From the NCBI GenBank assembly GCA_022749935.1, contig JAKIWQ010000004.1:2286-66285 (forward strand): 64,000 bases of DNA. Direction: 5' to 3'. This DNA comes from Thermoplasmata archaeon (GTDB lineage: Archaea; Thermoplasmatota; Thermoplasmata; Lutacidiplasmatales; UBA184). Position 1 is the stretch's first letter, and every line of letters starts with the position of its first letter. The position numbers and the translations under genes are program-made. The notes under the pieces were generated by a model that worked only from the letters and a program-made list of their open reading frames with translations, was not told where the DNA came from and made no database searches. This document shows positions 9,561-19,277 of the stretch, one piece after another.

Positions 9561-10444
9561 GCGGCCACTTTCCGCCCACGCCACAATCGGCAGTCGGGGC
9601 GAACGGAACAGGGTCCGCAGACCCGTAGGTCCCGCTCTTTCGGACAATCCCCCGAGATGCCGGTGTGGCAGAGGACGAAGTCGAATTTGATGGGGTCGAC
9701 CGGGTCGATGCGTCGGAGCGCCTCGCTCACCTCCTCTACCGCGGCCCAGGATCGGGTTCGGCGCGCCGTGAGTCCGAGGTTGTACGCGATCCAGTGGACG
9801 TGCTGGTCGAGGGGCACCCGCAAGTCGCCAGTCGGGACACGGCGCCAGAATCCCAGGTCGGGGTACCGTTCCCGGACCATCCATCGTACGAAGAGGGTCA
9901 TCCGTTTGCAAGGACTTCGGGGCTTCTCGAGGGGGCTGGGAAACAGAGCGAAGTACCCCGGCGGCGCCTTCCCCAAACGATCGCGGTGGTCGGCCCCTCG
10001 GAAGACTCGGGATAACCGGTCGAGCCCTCCGGGAAAACCGGCGGCCGAGTATCCTTCGAGGAACGACTCCTCGAGCGAGGCGTGGTGCGCGTAGTACTCC
10101 GCGAGGACCCGGGCGAGGTAGTCCACCTGGTCGCCGCGAATCCAGCGGTGGCGGAACGAGGAGAGGATCCGGGCGCGCTCCGGGGCGGGAGTGCGCAGCA
10201 ACCAGACCTCGGGGCGACCGGTCGTCCGCCCGAGGAGACGGGCGAGGGCTCCTCGGATGGCGGTCGTGTTCCCGATCGCGAGAGTGGCCGCCACGATCCC
10301 CAGCACCTCGGCCGAACGGACATCGTGGGCGAGGGGCCGGATCGAGGACAGGGGGTCGTCGGAGAGCGAGCGCTCGAACGGGAACTGTCGGTAGAGCGCC
10401 TCCAGATGGGAGGGGAGCTCCGGGGTCGGGCGGTGGGTTCGCAC
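9557..10444 (-). CDS. TIGR02757/DUF2400-like HhH-fold protein with C-terminal 4-Cys cluster
   Basis: SPCKRMTLFVRWMVR...DLGFW...LRVPLDQHV...DPVDPIKFDFVLCH motifs; tail CPKERDLRVCGPCSVRPDC. Confidence 0.85.
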   Translation of the reverse strand: MRTHRPTPELPSHLEALYRQFPFERSLSDDPLSSIRPLAHDVRSAEVLGIVAATLAIGNTTAIRGALARLLGRTTGRPEVWLLRTPAPERARILSSFRHRWIRGDQVDYLARVLAEYYAHHASLEESFLEGYSAAGFPGGLDRLSRVFRGADHRDRLGKAPPGYFALFPSPLEKPRSPCKRMTLFVRWMVRERYPDLGFWRRVPTGDLRVPLDQHVHWIAYNLGLTARRTRSWAAVEEVSEALRRIDPVDPIKFDFVLCHTGISGDCPKERDLRVCGPCSVRPDCRLWRGRKVAA

Positions 10445-10611
10445 GACCCGTGCGACCCGGTGAGCGGATTTACCCTAGCGCCGAACCGTGGAGGATTCTC
10501 GCGGAACCGATCGACCCCACTTCGGGTCGGTTCTCGAGGGAACTGACCCGATGATCATCGGAATGCAACCCCGGCCCGAGACGTAACTACCCCGTGTTGT
10601 CTTAGGGCGCC

Positions 10612-11409
10612 ATGCCGCCGCCGGACCTCGAGATCCGTCCGTCGATCGACCGGGAGTGGCTGGAAGGGGAGTCCCGGAAGGACCCGTTTCTTCATGCCTA
10701 CGCCCTCTGGGACCTCGACCAGTACCCGGACCGGGTCCGATTCGTCTCCGCGGTCCGGGGGACGGCCACGCTCGGATACCTGCTCGTCTGGCCCCTCGCG
10801 GGGGGAGGCACGGTGGTCCACTGGGTGGGGCCGGAGGGTGAGAGTGAGGCGCTGATCGAGCACCTCCCACCCCGTCCGCTCGTCGTCGTGTGCGCGGAAG
10901 GGGCCGGTCCCGCGGTGGAGCGCGCCCGGGGCCCGGCCGTCACTCACCCCTTGCTCCTCGAGGCGGCCCCCCCGGGGGCGCCCCCTCCCGCAGGACCGCT
11001 CGACGAGCGGGTGCGGCGACTCTCTTCGGCGGAGCGGCCCCTGCTGGACGTGTTTGCGCGTCGGCAGACCGACGCGATCGCGACGGGGTACGTGGGGACC
11101 GACCCCGGACAAGAGCCCGTGTGGGCCGGATTCCTCGAAGGGGAGATCGTCGCGCTCGCACGTCCGGCGGTGCGTCTCCCCCACCTCTGGTTTGTGGGCG
11201 GGGTGTACGTCGCGCCCGAGGTCCGCAACCAAGGTTGGGGACGGGCGGTCGTTCGGGCGGTCATGGTCGAGGCCACCCGGGCGGCGGCCCGATGCGCCCT
11301 CTACGTCCGCGAGGAAAGTGCTCCCGCCCGGGCCCTCTACGAGCGGCTCGGCTACCGACCCGTGGCGCGCCGCCTGATGGTGGACGCAGGGCTCCATCGA
11401 GTCCCATGA
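10612..11409 (+). CDS. GNAT family N-acetyltransferase
   Basis: VYVAPEVRNQGWG acetyl-CoA motif; ARALYERLGY. Confidence 0.85.
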   Translation: MPPPDLEIRPSIDREWLEGESRKDPFLHAYALWDLDQYPDRVRFVSAVRGTATLGYLLVWPLAGGGTVVHWVGPEGESEALIEHLPPRPLVVVCAEGAGPAVERARGPAVTHPLLLEAAPPGAPPPAGPLDERVRRLSSAERPLLDVFARRQTDAIATGYVGTDPGQEPVWAGFLEGEIVALARPAVRLPHLWFVGGVYVAPEVRNQGWGRAVVRAVMVEATRAAARCALYVREESAPARALYERLGYRPVARRLMVDAGLHRVP

Positions 11410-11454
11410 CCTCACGTAACAACTAAGGCCCGCCTCGTACGATGGGGCCGGGCC

Positions 11455-13116
11455 ATGCCGTCGAACACGGAGGCCGCCGAGATCTTCCGGGGGATTGCCG
11501 ACCTGCTGGACGTGATGGGCGAGCGGTTCAAGCCCGAGGCGTACCGAAGGGCCGCGCGGTCCCTCGAGAGCCTGACCGAGGACCTGTCGGCGGTCGCGGC
11601 CCGGGGGGAGCTCCGGTCGATCCCGGGCGTCGGCGAGGCGATCGAGGAGAAGCTCCGAGAGTACCTCGCCTCGGGAAAGATCGCCTACTACGATCGGCTC
11701 CGGTTGGAGGTCCCGCCCGGTGTGGCCGAGATGCTCGCGATCCCCGGACTCGGACCCAAGACCGCCCGACGTTTCTGGGTGGAACTCGGGATCGAGACCC
11801 CCGACGAACTTCTGGCGGCCCTCACGGCTGGCCGTCTCAGCGGCGTGAAGGGCTTCGGCGAGAAGAAGGTCGCGCAGATCCGAAGCGCCGTCGAGGGCCA
11901 CCGGGCGGGTCCGGCCGGGGCCCGGCTGCCGATCGAGGTGGCCTACCCGATCGCTCAGGCCCTCGTCCAGGGTCTCCGCGAACGGGCGGGAGCCGAGCAA
12001 ATCGAGGTCGCCGGCAGCTTCCGTCGGGGTCGGGAGACGGTCGGGGACCTCGACCTGCTGGTCACCTCGGTGGACCCGACCCGCGCGTTCGATGTCTTCT
12101 CCTCCCTGCCCGAGGTCCGGGAGGTCCGGCTGCGGGGGGCGACCAAGGAGACGGTCCTGCTCACGAACGGTCTGCAGGTCGACCTCCGTGTGGTCGAGCC
12201 GGCGGCGTTCGGGGCGGCCCTGCAGTACTTCACCGGCTCAAAGGACCACAACGTCATCGTCCGCTCGCTCGCCAAAGAGCGCGGCCTGCGCGTCAATGAG
12301 TACGGGGTGTACCGGGGCGATGAGCGGCTGGCCGGTCGCACCGAGGAGGAGGTCTACGCCGCGCTGGGGCTGGCGTGGATCCCTCCGGAGTTGCGCGAGG
12401 CTCGCGGGGAGGTCGACCTCGCCGCCCAGGGTCCTCTCCCTCCCCTCGTCTCGGAGTCGGCTCTTCGGGGCGACCTGCACGTGCACCTGGCCCCCGACGC
12501 GGAGGCGGCCTCCGTCGAGCCATTGGTCACATCGGCCCGTGCCCGGGGGTTGGCGTACCTGGGGCTCGTGGCGGAGGGGCTGGACGACCACGGACGGCCC
12601 TTCACCCTCCCTTCCAAGACCCAGGAGCGGCTGAGGAAGGCCGCGGGTCCGAAGCTACGCCTCCACCTCGTGCGAGAGGTCGACGTCCCGAGCGGCCCCA
12701 CCTCCGCAGGCCGAGAAGTGTTCGACTGGACCGTCCTCCGACCAACCTCCCGGGCGCCGAATCCTCCACCGGCCTCGGTCGGCCGGGCGTGGTCCCTCGC
12801 GGTGGTCGCCCACGTCGGGTCCCGCGATCCCGCCGGAGCAGAAGCGGCCCGGGCCTGGATCCAGTTCGCCCGGGCGGTTGGGACCGCCGTCGAAGTGGGA
12901 CCCGGACCGGAGCGACTCGACTCGACCTGGGCGCGGTCCGCCCTGGAAACGGGGTTGTCGCTGGCCCTGCCCACCGGCGTCGAGGAACCCACCGGTTCCC
13001 CGACGGGTCCGATCGCCCTTCGGTTCGCTCGCCGCGCCGGGGCGGGCCCCGGCCAAGTGCGAAATGCCGACCCGCACGCGCCGGTCAGCGGGGGCCGGAA
13101 GGCGGCCGCGGACTGA
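11455..13116 (+). CDS. polX: Family X DNA polymerase with degenerate C-terminal PHP domain
   Basis: HhH motifs (IPGVG, IPGLGPK), AGSFRRG, VGDLDLL and QVDLRV catalytic Asps, YFTGSKDHN, IPPELRE, GDLHVH. Confidence 0.9.
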   Translation: MPSNTEAAEIFRGIADLLDVMGERFKPEAYRRAARSLESLTEDLSAVAARGELRSIPGVGEAIEEKLREYLASGKIAYYDRLRLEVPPGVAEMLAIPGLGPKTARRFWVELGIETPDELLAALTAGRLSGVKGFGEKKVAQIRSAVEGHRAGPAGARLPIEVAYPIAQALVQGLRERAGAEQIEVAGSFRRGRETVGDLDLLVTSVDPTRAFDVFSSLPEVREVRLRGATKETVLLTNGLQVDLRVVEPAAFGAALQYFTGSKDHNVIVRSLAKERGLRVNEYGVYRGDERLAGRTEEEVYAALGLAWIPPELREARGEVDLAAQGPLPPLVSESALRGDLHVHLAPDAEAASVEPLVTSARARGLAYLGLVAEGLDDHGRPFTLPSKTQERLRKAAGPKLRLHLVREVDVPSGPTSAGREVFDWTVLRPTSRAPNPPPASVGRAWSLAVVAHVGSRDPAGAEAARAWIQFARAVGTAVEVGPGPERLDSTWARSALETGLSLALPTGVEEPTGSPTGPIALRFARRAGAGPGQVRNADPHAPVSGGRKAAAD

Positions 13117-13438
13117 GGGAGGGCGCCCCGCTCCGGCCCCCCGAAATGGAGGAGGGCGCACTCAGGCCCCGGGCCAGACAGCTGGTGCAACAATGGGCCG
13201 CGGGGGTCAGCCCGTGTTTCCAATAGCAGTTGGTGCACAGGGTCCGGCCACAACCCCAGCACAGAGGCGGGGCCGCCCGCGCGGTCACGGGGGCCGAGCA
13301 GTTGACACAGGCCCGTCCGGAACTGGGGGACGGCCGGAAGACGGGAGGCTCGGGGTACCGTGCCGTGGGTCCCGCGCCGGGGCGGGCGAGGCGCACCGGC
13401 GGCTCCGGAGCCTGGACGGGTCGGGGTACCCCGGTCAC
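13085..13438 (-). CDS. Cys/His-rich zinc-finger protein (start uncertain)
   Basis: CVNC...CWGCGRTLCTNCYWKH...HCCTSC; GTG at 13438 downstream of an AT-rich CTAAAAAG element. Confidence 0.6.
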   Translation of the reverse strand: MTGVPRPVQAPEPPVRLARPGAGPTARYPEPPVFRPSPSSGRACVNCSAPVTARAAPPLCWGCGRTLCTNCYWKHGLTPAAHCCTSCLARGLSAPSSISGGRSGAPSLSPRPPSGPR

Positions 13439-13563
13439 GAGGAGAACGCAGCCGAGGCCCCTTTTTAGCCTATGTCCCGGGGGCGACCCGCTGCGAATGG
13501 ACGTCGAAATAGATGTAGACCGACCCCGAGGCGCGAGGTGTGTCGCCGGGAGCTTCCCGCCGC

Positions 13564-13884
13564 ATGCGACCCGCACGGAGCGAGGTCACGGGACCCCCCC
13601 GACGCTCGAATGCGGCCATCCCGGTGGCCGTCGTCCTGGTCGCGGTCGGGATCTACCTGGCCCGATTCACGGTACTCCTGCCCGCCCTGATCGGGTTCCT
13701 CCTGCTGTGCGCCGGCGGCTCCTTCCTCTCCGCGCGGCTGAACCCGCTCAGCACCCAGTTCTACCTCACGACCAAACCGTCCTGGGTCGCGGTCCTCGTG
13801 GTCTTCCTCGGGTCGTTCGCGCTCTTCGGGGCGGCCTACCTCCTCTACCTCCACCATCTCGGGCCGATCGTTCCTCGCCTCTAG
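13564..13884 (+). CDS. Small membrane protein (3 TM), start uncertain
   Basis: Three hydrophobic stretches; RLNPLS loop. Confidence 0.7.
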   Translation: MRPARSEVTGPPRRSNAAIPVAVVLVAVGIYLARFTVLLPALIGFLLLCAGGSFLSARLNPLSTQFYLTTKPSWVAVLVVFLGSFALFGAAYLLYLHHLGPIVPRL

Positions 13885-13899
13885 GGGCGGGGATTCCGC

Positions 13900-14805
13900 C
13901 TAGGAGGCGACCATCCGCTCGAGCGCGAGCCGAGCGCGGGCGGCGATCTCGGGGGGCACGTCGATGACGTGCTGGCCCAAGAGCAGAGAATCCCGAACGT
14001 CCGTGAGGTCGATCTGCTTCATGAACGGACAGACCGTCCCCTCGTCCAGCGGCGTGAACTTGGTGGTCGGGTTCAGTTGGCGCATCCGGTGCAGGATCCC
14101 GACCTCGGTCGCGACCAGTACCTCCGGAGCCCGAGTCTCCTCGGCGAACCGGACCATCCCGTCGGTCGACAGGACGTGGTCGACATGGGGGAGGACCTGG
14201 CTTGCGCACCCGCATTCCGGATGGGCGAGGACCGGCGCCCCCGGATGCTCGGCCCGGGCGCGGAGGAGGTCCTCCGGGCGCATCTTGGCGTGGACCGGAC
14301 AATCGCCGACCCAGAGGTGCATCTTCCGACCGGTCTTCCGGCGGACGTAGTCGCCGAGGAACATGTCAGGGAGGAACAGGATCTCCCGGTCCGCCGGGAT
14401 CCCGCTCACGACCTTGATCGCGTTCGAACTCGTGCAGCAGTAGTCGGCCTCGGCTTTGACCTCGGCCGACGTGTTGATGTAGGCCACGACGACCGCCGCC
14501 GGATGCTGGGCCTTCCAATCCCGGAGCAGGTCGGCCGTGATCGAATCGGCGAGACCGCAGCCGGCTTTCAGGTCCGGGAGGAGGACCGTGCGACTCGGGT
14601 TCAGGATCTTCGCGGTCTCCGCCATGAAGCGTACCCCGGCGAAGACGATGACCGGCCGGTCGGTCTCCATCGCCTTTCGGGAGAGATAGAGCGAGTCCCC
14701 GACAAAGTCGGCGACGTCCTGGACTTCCGGACGCTGGTAGTTGTGCGCCAGGAGGACCGCGTGCCGGTCGTCCTTCAGCTGACGGACCTCGGCCTCGAGC
14801 GACAA
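13900..14805 (-). CDS. nadA: Quinolinate synthase
   Basis: LAHNYQ, GDSL, FAGVRFMAETAKILNP, AGCGLA, YINT, CPVH, HPEC, CPFMK. Confidence 0.96.
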   Translation of the reverse strand: MSLEAEVRQLKDDRHAVLLAHNYQRPEVQDVADFVGDSLYLSRKAMETDRPVIVFAGVRFMAETAKILNPSRTVLLPDLKAGCGLADSITADLLRDWKAQHPAAVVVAYINTSAEVKAEADYCCTSSNAIKVVSGIPADREILFLPDMFLGDYVRRKTGRKMHLWVGDCPVHAKMRPEDLLRARAEHPGAPVLAHPECGCASQVLPHVDHVLSTDGMVRFAEETRAPEVLVATEVGILHRMRQLNPTTKFTPLDEGTVCPFMKQIDLTDVRDSLLLGQHVIDVPPEIAARARLALERMVAS

Positions 14806-14823
14806 TGCCCACCTCCGTCGCGT

Positions 14824-15720
14824 CTAGGGGCGGAGGTGACTTAAGCGGACGGGCCGAAGTCGGAGGTGGAACGGCAACGCTGGCGCCGAATGGGTCAAGG
14901 AGCCGAGGCTCACCGCGTTCGCGCCCACCCGTCGGTACCGAGCCACCGTCTCCGGCGTGATCCCCCCGGAGAGCTCGATCCATCGACTCGCGCGGAGCCC
15001 TGCAGCCTCGAGGGCACGGACGATGGCGCGGGCCCGGGTCGGCGACGCGTTATCGATGAGCAGGGCGTTCGCGCCGGCGCGGGCGGCCCGCAGCGCTTCC
15101 CCCTGGGTGCGAACCTCGACCTCGACCCGTTCGCCGATGGGGGCCCGGCCCCGTACCCGAGCGATCGCCGTCTCGAGCGGAACGAGGGCGAGATGATTCG
15201 ACTTGATCAGGAGGCCGTCGGAGAGGTCCCTCCGGTGCGAGTGTCCGCCCCCGTGCGATACCGCCGCTTTCTCGAGGTCCCGGAGCCCCGGCAGGGTCTT
15301 TCGAGTCGCCCAAATTTCGAGGTTCGGCCGGGTCCCGCGCGTGCCCCGCACGGCGCGCGCGGTCGCGGTCGCGACCCCACTGGCATGCATCAGGAGGTTG
15401 AGGATCGAACGCTCCGCCGCGAGGATCGCGCGGGCATCCCCCTCGAGCGTGAGGACAACGTCGCCCGGTCGCACGGTCGCCCCGTCCCGGAGACGGCCAC
15501 CGGTCCGAAGCCTCGCGGAGGCGGCCACCGCCCGGGCGGCTTCCAGGCCGGAGAGAACGCCCCGGGCCTGTACGACGACGTCGGCCGTGGCCGGAACGCG
15601 GACGGGAAGGAGGGATCGGGTGGTCCGGTCGTGGCCGGCCCGGTCCTCTCCGAGCGTCGTCCGCGCGAGCGAGCGGTACGAAGTCGGGGCGACCCGACCG
15701 GATCTACTGGGCCGCCCCAT
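14824..15720 (-). CDS. nadC: Nicotinate-nucleotide diphosphorylase (carboxylating)
   Basis: ER..LNLL..ASGVAT, TRKTLPGLR, HRRDLSD..LIKSNH, EVEV, LIDN, SGGI. Confidence 0.93.
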   Translation of the reverse strand: MGRPSRSGRVAPTSYRSLARTTLGEDRAGHDRTTRSLLPVRVPATADVVVQARGVLSGLEAARAVAASARLRTGGRLRDGATVRPGDVVLTLEGDARAILAAERSILNLLMHASGVATATARAVRGTRGTRPNLEIWATRKTLPGLRDLEKAAVSHGGGHSHRRDLSDGLLIKSNHLALVPLETAIARVRGRAPIGERVEVEVRTQGEALRAARAGANALLIDNASPTRARAIVRALEAAGLRASRWIELSGGITPETVARYRRVGANAVSLGSLTHSAPALPFHLRLRPVRLSHLRP

Positions 15721-18118
15721 CGGCCCCCTCCTTCGCCGCGAGGGTGCTCTTCAACCGCTCGAACTCCACCGCCAGGTCGGGCCGGAGGGTCGAGATGTGG
15801 TTCCGCTCGAGCTCGACGACCCGACGGCGGGCGCTCGCCCGGTCCCCCCGCGCGTAGGAGAGCTGGGCCAGCCGTAGGACGACGTCGACCTCGTCGGCCG
15901 GGGCCTTCAGCTCCCGGACGAGCCGGTACGCGTCGAGCAGTTCGACCTCCGCCCGTTCGTACTCCCCGCGGTCGGTGAGGATCTTCCCCTGGACGATGAT
16001 CGCGTTGACGAGACCGAACCGGTCCCCGATCCGTTCGAGGATCTCCCGGGAGCGACCGTTCTGTTCGGCCGCCTCCTCGATCTGACCCATCTCGCGCAGC
16101 ACATCGGCGGTGTTGAACAGCGCCCACGCGACGCGCCGGGGGTCCCGGGCCTTCTCGCCGAGCCGCATCGCCTCGCCGAACTCCCGGATCGACTCGGCGT
16201 ACCGGGGCGGAGTCGCCGGGAGTCCGGCGATGACCACGCCCACGAACAAGTGCGCGTACGCGGCTTCGTGCGCGTCCCCGAGCCCTTCGAGCGTCGTCGC
16301 GGCCTTCCGCGCGTCCGCGAGCGCGCTCTCCTCCTGTCCCATCATGGCCAGGACGTTCGCGCGTCGAACCTCGCCGAGGGCCCGGGCCCGTACGTTCCCG
16401 GTGGCGTCGGCGAGCCGCAACTCTTCGTTGTGCTCGGCGAGGGCATCAGGGTAGCGACCCGCGTAGTAGAGCGCCTCGCCGCGGAGGCGGTGGGTCGCCA
16501 TGAGGACCGTAGGGTGCGGCTCCAGAAGGGCGGCGTTCTGGGGGTCGAGGATCTTGGCGATCGTCTGCTCGGCCTCGGGCCACTCACCCCGGTCGGTGAG
16601 GATCCGGGCGAGGTAGAGCTCGGTGAGCGCATAGACCGCCGGGGAGACCCGGGCCTTGAGGTCCCGGCGGGCGAGATGGTGGCGCATGATCTTCTCGGCC
16701 TCTTCCAGTCGCCCGACCCGGTCGACCTGCTGGGCGAGCTCGATGACGAGCTCCGTCTCGCCCTCCCAGTCGTCCGGCTTCAACCGTCGGTGGCTCTCCA
16801 GCGCCCGCTCCAAATGCTCAGCCGCCACCTCGGGCGCATCGGCCCGGAGGGCGACCTCGGCGGCGGTTCGATTGTACATGATTGCCTTTTCGTCCACCTT
16901 TCCGAGGTGGTAGTGTCGGGCGAGCGCGTAGATGGTCGGGAGGTCCGCGCTGCCGGTCGCCTCGAGGGCCTCTCCGACCCGCCGGTGCAAGAGGCGGCGA
17001 CGGCTCTCGTTCAGGTCCTCGTACACCCGGGCGCGGACCCGCTCGTCGGCGAACGCGAGGTGCTCGCCCGGGCGTTCGAGGAAGACCCCCGAGCCGACCA
17101 GCCGGTCGACGGCCTCGGCGAGCGTCTCCTCGTCTTCGCCGCTCGCCCGAAGGAGGAGGGCGAACGAGAACTCGGGACCGAGGACGGAGCCCGCGGCCGC
17201 GACCCGGCCCGCGATCTCGTCGAGCGCCGGCACGGTCACCCGAGCCGACGGGTCCCGTGCCCCGGCGGGGGCGGGCGCGCGCGAGGGCTCGAGCCGTCGC
17301 TCGAGCTGTTCGAGCAGCAACGGGTTCCCGCCGCTCTCGGAGAATCGGCGAGCGACCTCTTCCGCGGTGAAGACCCGGTTCGGGTCCCGGCGGAACAGAT
17401 ACTCCGCCACCTCGGTCGAGTTCATCGGTCGGAGCACGATCCGCTCGGCGTGCGTGGCCGCCTCGTAGGCCTCGATACGACGCCGGCTCCCCTCGGGAAG
17501 GGATTGCGGGGAACGGATGGTCGCGAGGATCCACAGCGGCCGGTTCTGGAACTGGCCCGCGAGGAATTCGAGCGCCCCGAGGGAGGTCTCGTCGGCCCGG
17601 TGGAGGTCCTCGAGGACGAGCACCGTGGGCCCCCGTCGCGTGAACTCGAGGAACTGGGCCGCGATCCCGTTGAGGAGGGAGAGCCGGCCGGCCGAACCCC
17701 GATCGTCGGCCGAGTTGAGGGCGTCCAGCAACCGGTCCTCGATCTGCACCGGGGCGGCGAACGCCCCATCGTCCAACCGGGGGGCGAACCCGATCAAGAA
17801 CCCCTCCGGGGCGCCTCCGGGCCCGGCGGCGGCGGTCGGCGCCTCCACCCCTCGGGCGCTCTCGATCGCGGCCCGGATGAGCGCAAACGGGGGTGGGGCG
17901 TCCAGCGGAGCCGCTCGGCCTTCGAGGACCCAGACACCCCGTTCGCGAATGGTCCGGACCAGGTCCTTCACCAGTTCGCTCTTGCCGACGCCGGTGTCGC
18001 CGACCAGGAGGGTGACCCCTCCGTGGCCGGCGCGTGCGTCCTCGAATCTTCGGTGAAGCGCCTCGACGGCCTCCACCCGGCCGACGAACGCCAGGCCGTT
18101 CCCGGGATCGGCCGACAT
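15704..18118 (-). CDS. STAND-type AAA ATPase with C-terminal TPR repeats, no evident effector domain
   Basis: FVGR, Walker A GDTGVGKS, Walker B VLVLEDLH, GGNPLLL, long TPR-like helical C-terminus; GTAAATAC TATA-like element ~29 nt upstream. Confidence 0.85.
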   Translation of the reverse strand: MSADPGNGLAFVGRVEAVEALHRRFEDARAGHGGVTLLVGDTGVGKSELVKDLVRTIRERGVWVLEGRAAPLDAPPPFALIRAAIESARGVEAPTAAAGPGGAPEGFLIGFAPRLDDGAFAAPVQIEDRLLDALNSADDRGSAGRLSLLNGIAAQFLEFTRRGPTVLVLEDLHRADETSLGALEFLAGQFQNRPLWILATIRSPQSLPEGSRRRIEAYEAATHAERIVLRPMNSTEVAEYLFRRDPNRVFTAEEVARRFSESGGNPLLLEQLERRLEPSRAPAPAGARDPSARVTVPALDEIAGRVAAAGSVLGPEFSFALLLRASGEDEETLAEAVDRLVGSGVFLERPGEHLAFADERVRARVYEDLNESRRRLLHRRVGEALEATGSADLPTIYALARHYHLGKVDEKAIMYNRTAAEVALRADAPEVAAEHLERALESHRRLKPDDWEGETELVIELAQQVDRVGRLEEAEKIMRHHLARRDLKARVSPAVYALTELYLARILTDRGEWPEAEQTIAKILDPQNAALLEPHPTVLMATHRLRGEALYYAGRYPDALAEHNEELRLADATGNVRARALGEVRRANVLAMMGQEESALADARKAATTLEGLGDAHEAAYAHLFVGVVIAGLPATPPRYAESIREFGEAMRLGEKARDPRRVAWALFNTADVLREMGQIEEAAEQNGRSREILERIGDRFGLVNAIIVQGKILTDRGEYERAEVELLDAYRLVRELKAPADEVDVVLRLAQLSYARGDRASARRRVVELERNHISTLRPDLAVEFERLKSTLAAKEGADGAAQ

Positions 18119-18517
18119 CACTCTAGGGCAGAGTGGGGGGGTCCGAGTATTTACGCTCGCGCAGCGAGAACGCTCCGTCGCCGGTCCGTTCGAACTCTCG
18201 GAGCGTCTCGCGAACTCCGACGGTGGCTGCGACGGCCTGGAGGCCGGCACGTCGTCGCCCCGCCCGTCGGTCCGAACGGTGCGTCCTCGGCCCCCTGCGG
18301 TCCAGGCTCCGACCGCCGACCGATCCGGCCCGGAACCAACGGGGTTGGGCCACGGGGTACGAGCAGGGTTCTTCCGACGATCTTAGCGTCAGTGCTCCGG
18401 GTCGACGGGCGAACTCCTCCCGCCGTATGACGGCCGGCCGGGGTACCCGCCACCCCCTTTCGAAGGCCGCCGATAGACGGGTCGTCCGATATATCGAGCC
18501 CCTGGCATGCCCGGCCG

Positions 18518-19276
18518 ATGTCGCTCTGGGAGGTCACGTTCCGCAATCAGTACGACAACCCCTTCCTGGAGCTTTCGGCCAAGCTTCCGGGCACCGCCCT
18601 CTCGATGTGGTGCATCTGGAATCGGGAGCTGCTCCAGGTCCCCACGCGGGACCCGGCCGTGCTGAAGGTCGTGGAACAGGCGATCCGCGACGCGGGCCAC
18701 GTGGTGGACGAATGGGTCGACGCCCGGGGCGGGCGGATCTTCCTGCTCGAGTGCACGTGCGGACGCCACCAGAGCATGTGGAACGTGTTCGACGACCACC
18801 AGTGCCTCACCAGCCCTCCCGCCGTGTTCCTGGACGGGTGGGCCTATCACCGGTTCCTCAGCTTCGACCCGGAGCGGACTCGGGTCCTGTTCAAGGCGCT
18901 GCGGAATCTCGGACCGACGGTCCTCCTCCAGAAGCGGGAGCTCCCCCTCCACGTGCTCCCGTCCAGCATCTGGGCGGGCTCGCTCTTCGGGGACTTGACG
19001 GGTCGCCAGGTCGACGCGATCCTCCGGGCCCATCGGGCGGGGTACTACTCGACCCCTCGTTCGGTCACGACCGAGGACCTGGCGCACGCCCAAGGTCTGA
19101 GCCGTTCCACCTTCGAGGAGCACCTGCGAAAGGCCGAGAACCGGCTCATCAACGCGCTCGTCCCCTACCTCGAGCTCTACGCCACCGCCGACCGGCCTCC
19201 CGAGAAGATGGCCTCGCGCGGGCTCCCCCTCGACGCGGCCATGCTCCCCGGCACCCGGGGCGTCGGGAAGACCTGA
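18518..19276 (+). CDS. Bat/HTH-10 family transcriptional regulator
   Basis: LTGRQVDAILRAHRAGYYSTPRSVTTEDLA...STFEEHLRKAENRL. Confidence 0.9.
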   Translation: MSLWEVTFRNQYDNPFLELSAKLPGTALSMWCIWNRELLQVPTRDPAVLKVVEQAIRDAGHVVDEWVDARGGRIFLLECTCGRHQSMWNVFDDHQCLTSPPAVFLDGWAYHRFLSFDPERTRVLFKALRNLGPTVLLQKRELPLHVLPSSIWAGSLFGDLTGRQVDAILRAHRAGYYSTPRSVTTEDLAHAQGLSRSTFEEHLRKAENRLINALVPYLELYATADRPPEKMASRGLPLDAAMLPGTRGVGKT

Positions 19277-19277
19277 T

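Noticed and set aside
18160-18480. Unexplained ~320-bp intergenic stretch as RNase P RNA, SRP RNA or a small ORF (18123-18353)
   Set aside because: Only fragmentary resemblance (GGAGGAGTTCGCCC; GGCCCGGAA); the partner P4 strand and SRP helix-8 motif are absent, and the ORF has no recognisable features.
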